64,000 nucleotides of DNA from an uncultured Alphaproteobacteria bacterium (GCA_963821505.1 CAWGEH010000010.1:70496-134495); one strand, 5' to 3'; positions 19,322-29,305 are shown, counted from the stretch's first letter. Translations and numbers: made by a program. Notes: a model not told the origin generated them from the sequence alone.

Positions 19322-20554
19322 ATGACGATTGCTGCCACGTCGCGACACTGGCCGGCGGAAGGCCTCACGCGGGTGCCGTATTGGGTCTATTCGGACCGCG
19401 ATCTCTACCGCGAGGAGCAGGCGCGCATCTTTCTCGGCGCCACCTGGAATTTCCTTTGCCTCGAGGCCGAGCTGCCGGGCCCTGGGAGCTATCGCCGCTC
19501 CAGCCTCGGCGCCATGTCCGTCGTGGTGACCCGCGACCACGACGGCAAGCTCAACGCCTTCGAGAACCGCTGCGCCCATCGCGGATCGCTGCTGGTGCTC
19601 GACGAGCGCGGCGAGACGCGCGACATCATCTGCGTCTATCACAACTGGAGCTACGATCTCGCCGGCAACCTCACCGGCGTCGCGTTCCGCAAGGGGCTGG
19701 GCGGCAAGGGCGGCATGCCCGCGACGTGTCGCCCCGAGACATACGGGCCGCGCAAGCTGCGCGTCGCGGTGCTCGGCGGCCTCGTCTTCGGCACGCTCTC
19801 GCCCGATACGCCACCGCTCGAGCAATATCTCGGACCCGAGATCGTGAGCCGCATATGCCGGGTGATGCGGGCGCCGGTGCGGCTGCTCGGCGGCTACAGC
19901 CAGACGCTGCCGAGCAACTGGAAGCTCTACATGGAGAACGTGAAGGACAGCTACCATGCCAGCCTGTTGCACACGTTCTTCACCACCTTCCGCCTCAACC
20001 GCCTGTCGCAGAAAGGCGGCATCGTGGTGAGCGATTCCGGCGGCCACCACGTGAGCTATTCGCTCGCCGCCGATAGCGGCGGCAAAGAGTACGAGCAAGC
20101 CGGCATGCGCGCGGCGCAGGAGGGGTTCGGCCTGGAAGCGCCCGAGCTGCTGGAGGCGGTCGACGAGTTCGGCGACGGCATCGGCCTGCAAATCCTCTCC
20201 GTGTTCCCGACCTTCGTGCTGCAGCAGACGCGCAACAGCTTGGCGGTGCGGCGGCTCGTGCCGCAGGGCCTCGACCGGACCGAGCTCGTCTGGACCTGCT
20301 TCGGGTTCGAGAGCGACGATGCGGAAATGACCGAGCGCCGGCTGCGGCAAGCGAACCTGATCGGGCCCGCGGGCTACATTTCGATGGAGGACGGAGCCGC
20401 GCCCGGCTTCGTGCAGCGCGCAGTGACGACGACGCCCGATCTCCTGTCCATCGTCGAGATGGGCGGCGCGAGCACCTCCTCCGAGGACAACCGCGTCACC
20501 GAGGCGGCGGTGCGGGGCTTCTGGAAAGCCTATCGCCATGAGATGGGGATTTGA
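19322..20554 (+). CDS. aromatic ring-hydroxylating (Rieske) oxygenase alpha subunit
   Basis: Rieske motif CAHRGSLL...CVYHNWSY and a mononuclear-iron region NVKDSYHASLLH. Confidence 0.9.
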   Translation: MTIAATSRHWPAEGLTRVPYWVYSDRDLYREEQARIFLGATWNFLCLEAELPGPGSYRRSSLGAMSVVVTRDHDGKLNAFENRCAHRGSLLVLDERGETRDIICVYHNWSYDLAGNLTGVAFRKGLGGKGGMPATCRPETYGPRKLRVAVLGGLVFGTLSPDTPPLEQYLGPEIVSRICRVMRAPVRLLGGYSQTLPSNWKLYMENVKDSYHASLLHTFFTTFRLNRLSQKGGIVVSDSGGHHVSYSLAADSGGKEYEQAGMRAAQEGFGLEAPELLEAVDEFGDGIGLQILSVFPTFVLQQTRNSLAVRRLVPQGLDRTELVWTCFGFESDDAEMTERRLRQANLIGPAGYISMEDGAAPGFVQRAVTTTPDLLSIVEMGGASTSSEDNRVTEAAVRGFWKAYRHEMGI

Positions 20555-20590
20555 TCTGTTCCAGCGCACCTCCCGGCTGATATCTGAACC

Positions 20591-21061
20591 ATGATTGTCG
20601 AGCTGCAGCTCAGGGTCCAGGATCTCAATGCCCGCTACGGGCAGGCGATCGACGACAACAAGCTCGCAGCGTGGCCTGATTTCTTCACCGAGAACGGGCG
20701 CTACCGGGTCACCACGGCGGAGAATTTCGAGCGCGGCCTGCCGCTCGGCATGATCCATGCAACCTCGCGCGCGATGCTGCGCGATCGCGTGCGCTCGCTG
20801 CGCGACGCCAACGTGTATGAGGCGCAGCGCTACCGGCACGTGATCGGACCGCCGCTGGTCGAGCCGGGCGAGGTCGGCACGGTGCGCGCGCAGACGAGCT
20901 TCATCGTCGCGCGCATCATGCATGGCGGCGAGACCACGCTGTTCGCGACCGGCCGCTACCATGACCATATCGTCCTCGACCACGGCGAAGCGCGTTTTGC
21001 CGAGAAGGTCGTCATCCTCGACAGCCGGCTGATCGATACCTTGCTCGCCATTCCGCTTTAG
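20591..21061 (+). CDS. ring-hydroxylating oxygenase beta subunit (NTF2/SnoaL fold)
   Basis: 156 aa, immediately downstream of the alpha subunit. The YRVTTAENFERGLPLGMIHATSRAMLRDRV block is typical of beta subunits. Confidence 0.85.
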   Translation: MIVELQLRVQDLNARYGQAIDDNKLAAWPDFFTENGRYRVTTAENFERGLPLGMIHATSRAMLRDRVRSLRDANVYEAQRYRHVIGPPLVEPGEVGTVRAQTSFIVARIMHGGETTLFATGRYHDHIVLDHGEARFAEKVVILDSRLIDTLLAIPL

Positions 21062-21332
21062 CAGGCAATTCCGGCCGGCCGGCCCGGAGTGTCTGCAACG
21101 TCAGATTGCGGCGCGCATTGTAAATAACAGGGCGGAAACAACACGGGCCCCCTCAGGCTGCGGATTTTGCAACCTGAAGCAGCACGCCGCCACAAGAGCA
21201 GCGGGACAGCTCCAATGCGAACTTCTGAAAGATGCACCTTTCATAGGTGATTCGCGTTACAATGTCTAGAAGAAAATCGACGTCGCCTCGCCCGGGCTGG
21301 GAGAGCCGTGGGAACGCGCGCGTCGGCCATCC

Positions 21333-22376
21333 TCAGTCGCCGGGCTGGTGATGGGCCGTCTCCCAGAACAGCTCCTTCCAGTCGCCGAGCTTCGCCTTCA
21401 TGGTGCCGATCTGGTTCAGGAACCCGGCGAAGTAGGCGATGCGGTGCGGCTGCGAGGTGAACTCGAAGCCGGGATCGTTGAGCTGGGCGAGGAGGTCATC
21501 GACGCTCTCGGGCGCCTTCTGCGCATCCTTCCAGAGGACGGCGGCGGCGCGCTTGTCCGCATTGGCGACCTTGATCGACTGCTCCAGGGCGTTGGCGACG
21601 GCCTGGAACAGCGTCGGATTCCTTTCTTTGGTCTGCTTCGTCGCCAGCAGCGTGATCTGGGTCAACGGTCCGCCGAACACCTTGCGGCTGTCCGTGATGA
21701 CGTGCGCACCGGGCAGCTTCAGGCCGCGGTCGGTGAAGGGCTGCACGGCGATATGTGCGGTGACGGCCGCCTTGCCGTAGCCGGCGGAGAGTGCGGTGAC
21801 CGCATCGGGATGGCCGAGCGCGACGGTCAGATGGTCGAGGCGATGGGGGTCCTTCCACAGCTGGTCCGCCGCCATCTGCAGCATCATGGCGTTGAACGAC
21901 AGCCGCACGGTCGGCACCGCGATGCGGTCGGTCTCGGTGAAATCGGCGATCGTCTTGACGTTCGGATTGATGGTGTAGAGCGTCATGGCGCCGTTCGACA
22001 CGGTTCCGACGGCCTTGACCTCGTTTGCCGAGTTGCGGGTCTTCTCCCAGAGCGTCAGCAGGGAGGGCAGGGCGGCGGTGCCGTAGTCGGCCGCGCCCGA
22101 CAGGATGGCGTCGAGGACGGGGCCGGGGCCGCTCAGCGCGGTGGCGGTCACTTCGAGCTTCCCGAGGCCGAGCTTGGTCGCTTCTTGCTGCAGGATTCCG
22201 CCACTGACCATAAGGTCGACCGGGAGATAGAGCAGGCCGCGCTGCTGTGCGAAGCTCACCTTCAGCGGTGCCTGCGCGCGAACGACGGCGGGCGCTGCCA
22301 TGAGGCTTATCGCGCCCGCCACGGTCGTCACGGCCTGCCGCCGGTTCACCAGCCTGACCGCCTGTCTTCTTGGCAT
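21333..22376 (-). CDS. NMT1/THI5-like ABC substrate-binding protein (sulfonate/nitrate/taurine class), orphan
   Basis: The leader is MPRRQAVRLVNRRQAVTTVAGAISLMAAPAVVRAQA. It is paralogous by eye to 28203..29231. Track ORF 21333..22460 was trimmed. Confidence 0.8.
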   Translation of the reverse strand: MPRRQAVRLVNRRQAVTTVAGAISLMAAPAVVRAQAPLKVSFAQQRGLLYLPVDLMVSGGILQQEATKLGLGKLEVTATALSGPGPVLDAILSGAADYGTAALPSLLTLWEKTRNSANEVKAVGTVSNGAMTLYTINPNVKTIADFTETDRIAVPTVRLSFNAMMLQMAADQLWKDPHRLDHLTVALGHPDAVTALSAGYGKAAVTAHIAVQPFTDRGLKLPGAHVITDSRKVFGGPLTQITLLATKQTKERNPTLFQAVANALEQSIKVANADKRAAAVLWKDAQKAPESVDDLLAQLNDPGFEFTSQPHRIAYFAGFLNQIGTMKAKLGDWKELFWETAHHQPGD

Positions 22377-22641
22377 CGTCGCGTCTCCGGATCTGTCGGC
22401 TTTTTTCGAGCAACGCCAGCTTGGCGTCGTCGACATCCATCGTAGGCGCAACGCCGTCACTTATGAATGCGCTTATTGAGCGCGGTTTTCCCGATGTCCG
22501 CGGGAAGGACGCTGCGCGGATTTCGACTCGGCTCGCAGTGACGATGGGCAAAGCCATACTGCATCCGCCTCAGTTGTTGTGAAAACGCAAATCATCCGGG
22601 GGCCGCGATGTGCAAAGCTGCCCGAACTGCAAACCACCGTC

Positions 22642-23526
22642 TCAGAGATGGCCGCGGATGAACGCGCCTGCGTTCGCGAGTGCGCGCCGGCCAGGCTCCA
22701 AATGCGCGTTCCACAGATGCCAAGCATGGATCATGTGCGGCCAGATCTCGAGCGTCACCGGCACATCGGCCGCGCCCGCGGCGGCTGCGAAGCGGGTGGC
22801 ATCGGCGAGCAGCGTTTCGGCCGAGCCCACTTGAATGAGGGTCGGCGGCAGCCCGCGCAATTCGGCATACAGCGGGGAAACCAGCGGATGCTTGCGGTCG
22901 ATCCCGGCGGAAAGATACGCGGCCGCCAGCTCGTCGAGATAGCTTTTGTGGATGATGGGGTCCGCGGCATCCTTGGTGGCGAGCGTCGAACCGGACATCG
23001 TCAGATCCGTCCAGGGCGATACCAGCCAGGCACAGGCGGGAAGCGCCTCCTTGCCGTCGCGCAACCGGGTGATCAGCGCCACTGCGAGCCCGCCGCCCGC
23101 ACTGTCGCCGCCGACCGCGATGTGGGACGCCGCAATTCCCTGCTTGCGCAGGTAGCGCCATGCCGTGAGCGCGTCCTCGATCGCCGCGGGGAATGGATGC
23201 TCCGGCGCCAATCGATAGCCAACAGCCAGAGTGCGCATCGCAGCCGCCCGGCCCGCTTCTGTCACCATGCGGCGATGGCTCAGGATCGAGCCGGAGCAAT
23301 AGCCCCCGCCGTGGAAAAACATCAGAACACGGGAGGCGTCGCTGCCGGGAACGGTCGACCATTCCCCCGGCACGCCGCCGAGATCGATCGCAGCAAGGCT
23401 GACGTCGTCGGCCACGGGCCAGTAGGAACCAACCTCGTCGAGTCGCGCCCGCCGCTCCGTCCACCCGACCGGGCGCGGCTTGGAACTCAGCAATGCGCGG
23501 ACGGCGTCGATTTCGCTTTGAACCAT
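22642..23526 (-). CDS. alpha/beta hydrolase, hormone-sensitive-lipase-type esterase
   Basis: HGGGY oxyanion motif and GDSAGG nucleophile motif. ATG 23526 is preceded by a GGAGGAG RBS. Confidence 0.85.
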   Translation of the reverse strand: MVQSEIDAVRALLSSKPRPVGWTERRARLDEVGSYWPVADDVSLAAIDLGGVPGEWSTVPGSDASRVLMFFHGGGYCSGSILSHRRMVTEAGRAAAMRTLAVGYRLAPEHPFPAAIEDALTAWRYLRKQGIAASHIAVGGDSAGGGLAVALITRLRDGKEALPACAWLVSPWTDLTMSGSTLATKDAADPIIHKSYLDELAAAYLSAGIDRKHPLVSPLYAELRGLPPTLIQVGSAETLLADATRFAAAAGAADVPVTLEIWPHMIHAWHLWNAHLEPGRRALANAGAFIRGHL

Positions 23527-23564
23527 CTTTCTCCTCCCACCCAGGCGAGCCAATCTAGATTAGA

Positions 23565-23892
23565 CTAGGCCGTGGAACTCATTAACGCGCAGCCACAGCC
23601 GTATTGACGCAAGCTGGACGAATGCGAGGTAGTTGGCCGCGAGTTTGTCAATAGCGGGTAGCCACACGCCGGCAGTGCTTTATCTTGTTGAAGAACCGTT
23701 CGACAGATTTCGCGCCCGGTACAGATACGGGCTGAAGCACAGTGCCTCTGTCCGATTTCTTTTCGGTGGGATATTCGCCCAGGCACCGTGCTGGTGGACA
23801 ACGGCTCTGATCCAGTCGGTCATAGCCACGTCAGCCAGCAGCATTGTTCCCGACTTGGCCGCCCACTCATCGTCAGTCAGTTCGTAGCGCAT
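23565..23892 (-). pseudogene. IS5-family transposase remnant (internal deletion plus frameshift)
   Basis: MRYELTDDEWAA (the typical IS5-group N-terminus) is joined directly to the C-terminal DWIRAVVHQHGAWANIPPKRNR...FSPYLYRARN. The final segment (RYDKL-like, ...LRQYGCGCALMSSTA frame) continues in another frame. Confidence 0.7.
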
Positions 23893-24064
23893 GATTCGAA
23901 GCTCCGGTTTGGAGGCTTAAATCACGGCTCGGCGGTCGATCTCAACATCCCGTGTCGCAGGGTATTTTAGTCGCTGTCCCGGAGACTCTAGGCCGCTCGC
24001 ATAACATCCTTCACCACGCTCTCTTTAGCCAACGTAGCGATGACGAGCGCGCCAGCCAAGACGT

Positions 24065-25096
24065 TCAGTCCACCTTGATCCCTGTCGCGTCGATGACGCT
24101 TTTCCACTCGTGCACCTGCACCGCGAGCGCGGCGGCGAAGTCCTGCGCCGTTCCGGCCCTTGCTTCCATGCCGATCTTTGCCAAGGCGGCGCGCGCGTCC
24201 GCAGATCTAAGGCCTTCGTTGAGGGCATGGTTGAGGTTGTCGATAATGGCCGTCGAGGTGCCAGCCGGCGCGAGCAATCCGAATATGACTTCCCGCGGAA
24301 ATCCGATTATTCCGACTTCCGTCATGGTCGGCGTGTCCGGCAGCTCCGGCCAGCGACTTTCGCTTGTCACCGCAAGCGCCTTCAACTTGCCTGCCTTGAA
24401 GTGCGTGAGCAGGGTGGACCTGTTGTTGAAGAGCATATCGATGTGCCCACCGAGCAGGTCCGTGATCATTGGAGCGGCGCCCTTGTAAGGGACAAAGATG
24501 ATGTCCGTGCCTGTCTTAGCCTTGAAGAACTCGGCAGCGTAATGAATGTAAATTCCTGGAGGGGCACCGTAGCTCAGTTTGCCGGGATTCTTCTTCGCAT
24601 GCTGGACGAACTGCTCAAATGTGTCCGCGGGCACCTGTGGCGATATGGCTAGCGCCATCAAGTCAACCGCGAGCGTAGCGACTGGGGCAAAGGATTTGAT
24701 CGGATCAAAACCAGGATTCGAGAAGAGCCAGGCAGCAACTGCATTGACGTTCGTACCGCCCAACAACAGCGTGTAGCCATCCGGCTTCGCTTCGGCGACC
24801 GCTTTGGTACCTATCCTGCCGCCTGCCCCCGCAAGATTCTCTACGACGACGTTCTGACCAAGTTGGGACGAGAGCGCCTGCGCGGCCAGTCGGGCTGCGA
24901 CGTCGGTCGGACCACCGGCCGGGAACGGCACGACGATCTTGATCGGCCGCCCGGGATAAGACTGGGCATGTCCCGGCCCGGATGCCGCGGCGACGAGTAC
25001 GACCGCGAGCAACGCGAGCAGCAGGCGCGCAATCATGCGCCTCGCATAGGTTGCGCAGCATGTCGCCGTAAAAGCTGACGTCGGAACGTTTTGCAT
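24065..25096 (-). CDS. Bug-family (TctC-type) substrate-binding protein
   Basis: GRPIKIVVPFPAGGPTDVAARL, ENLAGAGGRIG and VPYKGAAPMITDLLGGHID blocks are present. ATG 25096 is preceded by an AAGAGGAGG RBS. Confidence 0.85.
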   Translation of the reverse strand: MQNVPTSAFTATCCATYARRMIARLLLALLAVVLVAAASGPGHAQSYPGRPIKIVVPFPAGGPTDVAARLAAQALSSQLGQNVVVENLAGAGGRIGTKAVAEAKPDGYTLLLGGTNVNAVAAWLFSNPGFDPIKSFAPVATLAVDLMALAISPQVPADTFEQFVQHAKKNPGKLSYGAPPGIYIHYAAEFFKAKTGTDIIFVPYKGAAPMITDLLGGHIDMLFNNRSTLLTHFKAGKLKALAVTSESRWPELPDTPTMTEVGIIGFPREVIFGLLAPAGTSTAIIDNLNHALNEGLRSADARAALAKIGMEARAGTAQDFAAALAVQVHEWKSVIDATGIKVD

Positions 25097-25128
25097 ATTC
25101 GCCTCCTCTTGGCCGGACTCCCTCGGGG

Positions 25129-25941
25129 TCATCGGACGTGAGCTGTCAGCACATGTGTTTCTTCGGGATAGGTCACCCCATCCTCGTCGGCATAGCGTTG
25201 CAGTTGTTCCATGACGCTTGCTCCAACCTTCTCGCGTGTCTCAGGGGCTGCGGCAGCGACGACGGGTGCAATCGGTGTCGCTGCCAAGTGGTGCAGCGTG
25301 AATTGATCCAGACTCGGGAGGTGGACATCCATCCGATCGACGTGCACTGCTACCTCGGAAAAGCCCGCTTCTCTTGCGAGACGTTCCAATTCCTCTCTGG
25401 CAGGTGCTTGCCGCGATGCGCAAAAGCGGAGGGCTGTTTCGTTGCCCACAAATCGAACGAGCGCTTCACCGACGGCGCTGTTATAGAGTCCGACGTTATT
25501 CCACACGCTGAGTGCGAGACGGCCGCTACGACGAAGCACGCGTCGCATCTCCCGCAGCGCGAGCGCTTTGTCAGGAAAGAACTGAAGTCCCTGCTGGCAA
25601 AGAACCACGTCAAAGCTTTCAGCCTCCAATCGAAGATCGACGGCGCTGCGCACAAGCCACTCGATCGGTGCATCAACCGGTGCTGGGAGGGATTGCGCGA
25701 CCCTGATCATTCCGGGATTCAGATCGAGTCCAACAATGCGCCCGGTGGGACCGACACGCTGCGCCGTAATTCGAGCAACGACGCCCGTCCCGCAAGCGAC
25801 GTCCAACACGCGCTCACCAACAGTCACATGAGCGGCATCGACGAGGGAAGGTGCCCAAGGACTGAGGATGTACCGGGCGACATAACGTTCATACAGTTCG
25901 GCCGCCTCCGAGGTCAGGTGCCATTGCTCGTGCGCGTTCAT
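25129..25941 (-). CDS. class I SAM-dependent methyltransferase
   Basis: SAM motif I VLDVACGTGVVA. This is the 270-codon C-terminal part of the 542-aa track ORF 25129..26757. Its ATG overlaps the IclR stop codon (ATGA). Confidence 0.85.
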   Translation of the reverse strand: MNAHEQWHLTSEAAELYERYVARYILSPWAPSLVDAAHVTVGERVLDVACGTGVVARITAQRVGPTGRIVGLDLNPGMIRVAQSLPAPVDAPIEWLVRSAVDLRLEAESFDVVLCQQGLQFFPDKALALREMRRVLRRSGRLALSVWNNVGLYNSAVGEALVRFVGNETALRFCASRQAPAREELERLAREAGFSEVAVHVDRMDVHLPSLDQFTLHHLAATPIAPVVAAAAPETREKVGASVMEQLQRYADEDGVTYPEETHVLTAHVR

Positions 25942-26750
25942 CGGCCTTTCCATCCGAGCTTTCGGGAAATCCGTTCCGCCGTGTGCGTAACAGCCTTGAT
26001 CTGGCTTGGAGGGGGCGAGGCAGGGATATATTGGATGGAGCCCGCAATAGCGACTGCCCCTGCATAATGACCAGCGTGATTGAAGAGCGGGGCAGCGAGT
26101 CCGTTCACTCCCTGTAACACCCGATTGGGGGCCGTGGCCCAGCCGCGCGTTCTCACCTGCGCTATGGCCCGCTGAAGGGCGCTTGGTGAGCAGATCGTTT
26201 GCGGAGTCCAGGCTTTGAGTGGCCGGGCAAGGCAATGGGCCATGAGATGTTCTGGACCGAACGCCAGGGCGATATTTCCGTGGGCGCTCGCATGAAGATC
26301 GAGCACGGTTCCAGGCTGCGTTCCGAAATTTACAATCGCTTGCCCTTGCACGACCTCCAGGATGACGACCTGGTTCTCCATCAGCGCTGACAAGGTCACC
26401 GGCTGGCCGGTATCTTCCCGAAGCCGCACCATGTCCTCGCGTGCGACGGCGATGATGTCGAAACGCTCCCGAAGGCGCTCGCCGAGGATGAACAGCTTGA
26501 TTCCTGCCGCGTAGCGCATCGTGGTGGGCTCCTGATGCACGAAACCGTGGCGCACAAGAGCCTGAAGATGACGATAGACAGTCGCTTTCGAAGACCCAAA
26601 CTCGCGGGCCAGGTCCGAAACGCCGATGGGCTCTCTCGAACTTGCAAGTCGTTCCAACAAGCGCAGCGACAGGTCGACGGTCTCGGTTGCGGGACCTGCG
26701 ACCTCGAGCCTTAACGTTCTTGCTCGACGGTCTAGGGGGGTCTTCCGCAT
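25938..26750 (-). CDS. IclR-family transcriptional regulator
   Basis: N-terminal wHTH (IGVSDLAREFGSSKATVYRHLQALVRHGFV) plus a C-terminal IclR effector domain. Confidence 0.9.
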   Translation of the reverse strand: MRKTPLDRRARTLRLEVAGPATETVDLSLRLLERLASSREPIGVSDLAREFGSSKATVYRHLQALVRHGFVHQEPTTMRYAAGIKLFILGERLRERFDIIAVAREDMVRLREDTGQPVTLSALMENQVVILEVVQGQAIVNFGTQPGTVLDLHASAHGNIALAFGPEHLMAHCLARPLKAWTPQTICSPSALQRAIAQVRTRGWATAPNRVLQGVNGLAAPLFNHAGHYAGAVAIAGSIQYIPASPPPSQIKAVTHTAERISRKLGWKGR

Positions 26751-26777
26751 GTTTCACTCAATGAAACGCAGTTTCAT
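26751..26777. promoter_or_regulatory. candidate IclR operator (GTTTCA/TGAAAC half-sites)
   Basis: Perfect palindrome ATGAAAC-GCA-GTTTCAT at 26761-26777, plus a third half-site GTTTCA at 26751-26756. It directly abuts the IclR start codon. Confidence 0.45.
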
Positions 26778-27160
26778 AAACGATAGCCGAAGGTCATTCC
26801 GTCTGTCAAATGTCAGCGCCCCGCGAGCCCGACGAACGTGTCTGGAGCAAATGGGCAGAAAATTTGTGACCGGCTGGGCTTGCCTGAATAGCAGCTCTGC
26901 TTTGGCCCCAACCTCCCGCGATGTGCCGTTTCGCACCCCTATGGAGGCATAGCTGACATCAAAGGCGGCTGAGCTGATCAAGCGCCCAATTATGAGACAC
27001 GCCCTTAGTTCAAGCCAGCGAAACCCCGAAGCCAGCCCCGGGTCGTAAAAACCAACGTAAAGGACGAGCGCGCTGCCACGGCGGTACCGGGTCGCAGGGC
27101 GGCGGCGTGCCGCAAGAGCATCCCCGCCGGGGCCGGCCTCCTCAACGCCCGCGGCCGGTG

Positions 27161-27266
27161 CTAGAGCGCATCCCGATGGGTCGAATCGTGATGCGCTCTA
27201 GATTCTTCGATTTTGCGCATGTTCTGTTCGGAAAACCGGTTCCCACTTTTCCGGAACATGCGCTAG
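27161..27266 (+). repeat. 106-bp CTAG-bounded palindrome-containing dispersed repeat, copy A
   Basis: ctagagcgcatcccgat...gatgcgctctag hairpin plus a cggaaaaccggttcccacttttccg hairpin. Its reverse complement matches 31144..31250 except for one substitution and one 1-nt indel. It lies 38 nt upstream of the TauD-family start. Confidence 0.8.
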
Positions 27267-27303
27267 CATTGCCGGCAACGCAGGCGGGAAGCTCGAGCGC
27301 GAC

Positions 27304-28179
27304 ATGAAAATCCATCCCGGCGTGGCACTGGGTGCGCGGATCGAGGGCGTGGACCTCGCCCAGCCGGTCGCCGACGCCGTATTCAGGCAGATCCTGCGGG
27401 CGCTTGGCGAGCACGGCGTGCTGTGCTTCCCGCGGCAGCGGCTCGAGACGGAGCAATTCGCCCGCTTCGGGCGCATGTTCGGCGAGCTCGAGATCAACGT
27501 CGCCAATCAATTCCACGAGCCCGGCTTTTCCGAGGTTATGGTGCTGTCCAACATGACGAAAGACGGCAAGCCGATCGGGCTCGCCGATGCCGGACAGGGT
27601 TGGCACACCGACATGTCCTACAGCCGCGAGATCGCGCTCGCCAACGTGCTCCATGCCATCAAGGTACCGATGCGCGACGGCCGACCGCTGGGCGACACCC
27701 AGTTCCGCAACATGCAGGCGGCCTACGACGACCTTTCGGCCGATCTCAAGGCCCGGCTCAAAGGATGCACGGCCACGCACGACTTCGCCAAGTTCTGGGA
27801 CATGATGCGCGCGCGACCCGGCTCGCAGCGCGCGGCGCTGACCACCGAGCAGCGCGCCAAGAAGCCGCCGGTGTCGCAGCCGATCTTTCGCACCCACCCG
27901 ATCACCGGCCGCACGGTTCTCTACTGCAACCCCGGCTATGCCACGCGCATCGACGGAATGCCCGGGGCCGAAAGCGAGGAATTGCTCCAGTACCTCTTCA
28001 GGCACCAGGAGCAGGAAAAATATTTCCACGCGCACAAATGGACCGAGGGGGACGTGCTGATGTGGGACAACATCGGCACCGTGCACAATGCGGTCGCCGA
28101 CTACCGACCGGACGAGCCGCGCTACATGCGTCGCGTGCAGGTCATGGCAACCAGGGACTACGCCCGTCTCGCTGCCTGA
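27304..28179 (+). CDS. TauD/TfdA-family Fe(II)/2-oxoglutarate-dependent dioxygenase
   Basis: 291 aa with the WHTDMSY (H-x-D) metal motif and a distal His region NIGTVHNAV. Confidence 0.9.
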   Translation: MKIHPGVALGARIEGVDLAQPVADAVFRQILRALGEHGVLCFPRQRLETEQFARFGRMFGELEINVANQFHEPGFSEVMVLSNMTKDGKPIGLADAGQGWHTDMSYSREIALANVLHAIKVPMRDGRPLGDTQFRNMQAAYDDLSADLKARLKGCTATHDFAKFWDMMRARPGSQRAALTTEQRAKKPPVSQPIFRTHPITGRTVLYCNPGYATRIDGMPGAESEELLQYLFRHQEQEKYFHAHKWTEGDVLMWDNIGTVHNAVADYRPDEPRYMRRVQVMATRDYARLAA

Positions 28180-28202
28180 AGAGAAGTGAGGGAGGGAACG
28201 CA

Positions 28203-29231
28203 ATGCGTCCAGCAGGGCGGGCAATTCGGCTGCCGGCGGTTTCGATGCTGACCGGGACAGCGCTGATGGTCCTTGCGGGCACGGCGGCTGCGCAGCCGGT
28301 CGAACTGCGCATCGCACGCCAGTTCTCCATGGGCTACCTGCAGTTCAACGTCATGGAGAAGCGGCACCTTCTCGAAAAGCATGCCAAGGCCGCCGGAGTT
28401 CCCGAGCTGAAAGTGGTGTGGGCGACCTTCAACAGCCCGGCGGCGATGAACGATGCGCTGCTGTCCGGCTCGATCGATATCGTTTCCGGCGGCGTGCCCG
28501 GCCTGCTGACGATCTGGGCGCGGACGCACGGCACCGCCAATGCCGTCAAGGGCATTGCCGCATTTTCATCTCAGCCGATCCTGCTCAACACGCGCAATCC
28601 CAATATCAAGAGCATCACGGACTTCACCGACAAGGACAAGATCGCGCTGCCGGCCGTCAAGGTTTCCGTGCAGGCCATGATGCTGCAGATGGCGGCGGCC
28701 AAGCAGTGGGGACAAGCCAATTTCGCCAAACTCGATCCGCTCACGGTGGGCATGTCGCCGCCGGACGCCACCATCGCGCTGTTGAGCGCCGCCTCCGAGA
28801 TCGCCAGCGTCTTCAGCGTGCCGCCGTTCCAGTACCAGCAGCTCGAAAGCCCGGGCATCCACACCGTGCTGAGCTCGACCGAGGTGTTTGGCGGCCCGCA
28901 CACGTTCACCGTGGCGTGGACCTCGAGCCAGTTCCACGACAAGAATCCCGCGCTCTACAAGGCGCTGGTCGACGCCTTCCAGGAAGCGACGCAGATGCTC
29001 AACGAGGACGTGAAGCCGGCGTCGCAATATTGGATCGATGACGTCAAATCGAAATTGACGGTCGAGAAGGTCGCCGCGATCGCCTCCGGCAAGCAGGTGA
29101 AATGGACGATGGCGCCGGAGAGCACGATGAAATACGCGGAGTTCATGCACGCGGTCGGCTCGATCAAGATCAAGCCGGCGAGCTGGAAGGACTTGTTCTT
29201 CCCGGAGGTGCACGGGCTCCCCGGCAGCTAG
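28203..29231 (+). CDS. NMT1/THI5-like ABC substrate-binding protein
   Basis: Signal peptide MRPAGRAIRLPAVSMLTGTALMVLAGTAAA and a GAGGGAGG RBS. ATG 28203 lies within track ORF 27423..29231. Confidence 0.85.
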   Translation: MRPAGRAIRLPAVSMLTGTALMVLAGTAAAQPVELRIARQFSMGYLQFNVMEKRHLLEKHAKAAGVPELKVVWATFNSPAAMNDALLSGSIDIVSGGVPGLLTIWARTHGTANAVKGIAAFSSQPILLNTRNPNIKSITDFTDKDKIALPAVKVSVQAMMLQMAAAKQWGQANFAKLDPLTVGMSPPDATIALLSAASEIASVFSVPPFQYQQLESPGIHTVLSSTEVFGGPHTFTVAWTSSQFHDKNPALYKALVDAFQEATQMLNEDVKPASQYWIDDVKSKLTVEKVAAIASGKQVKWTMAPESTMKYAEFMHAVGSIKIKPASWKDLFFPEVHGLPGS

Positions 29232-29305
29232 TGCCCCGAACCCGAAGTTCGCGCACATCGCGCGGCAAGTTCAATCGCGAACTTCGGGTTCAAAAGGGGC
29301 ACTAG
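29228..29305. repeat. 78-bp CTAG-bounded imperfect palindrome (MITE/REP-like)
   Basis: ctagtgccccgaacccgaagttcgcg ... cgcgaacttcgggttcaaaaggggcactag. It contains the TAG stop of the binding-protein gene. Confidence 0.7.

Noticed and set aside
18011-20983. 990-aa ORF on the minus strand
   Set aside because: It is antisense across a TctC gene and both Rieske oxygenase subunits. It has the composition of a GC-rich shadow ORF.
25129-26757. 542-aa ORF treated as one gene
   Set aside because: Only the last 270 codons are the methyltransferase. The upstream part is an alternative frame of the IclR gene with Arg/Ser/Pro-rich nonsense.
27107-27307. Short ORFs translating MGRIVMRSRFFDFAHVLFGKPVPTFPEHAL (also 30605..31234)
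   Set aside because: They lie inside the 106-bp dispersed repeats. The conservation is at the DNA level in both orientations, so these are pseudo-ORFs.
27142-28317. 391-aa minus-strand ORF
   Set aside because: It is a shadow of the TauD-family gene.
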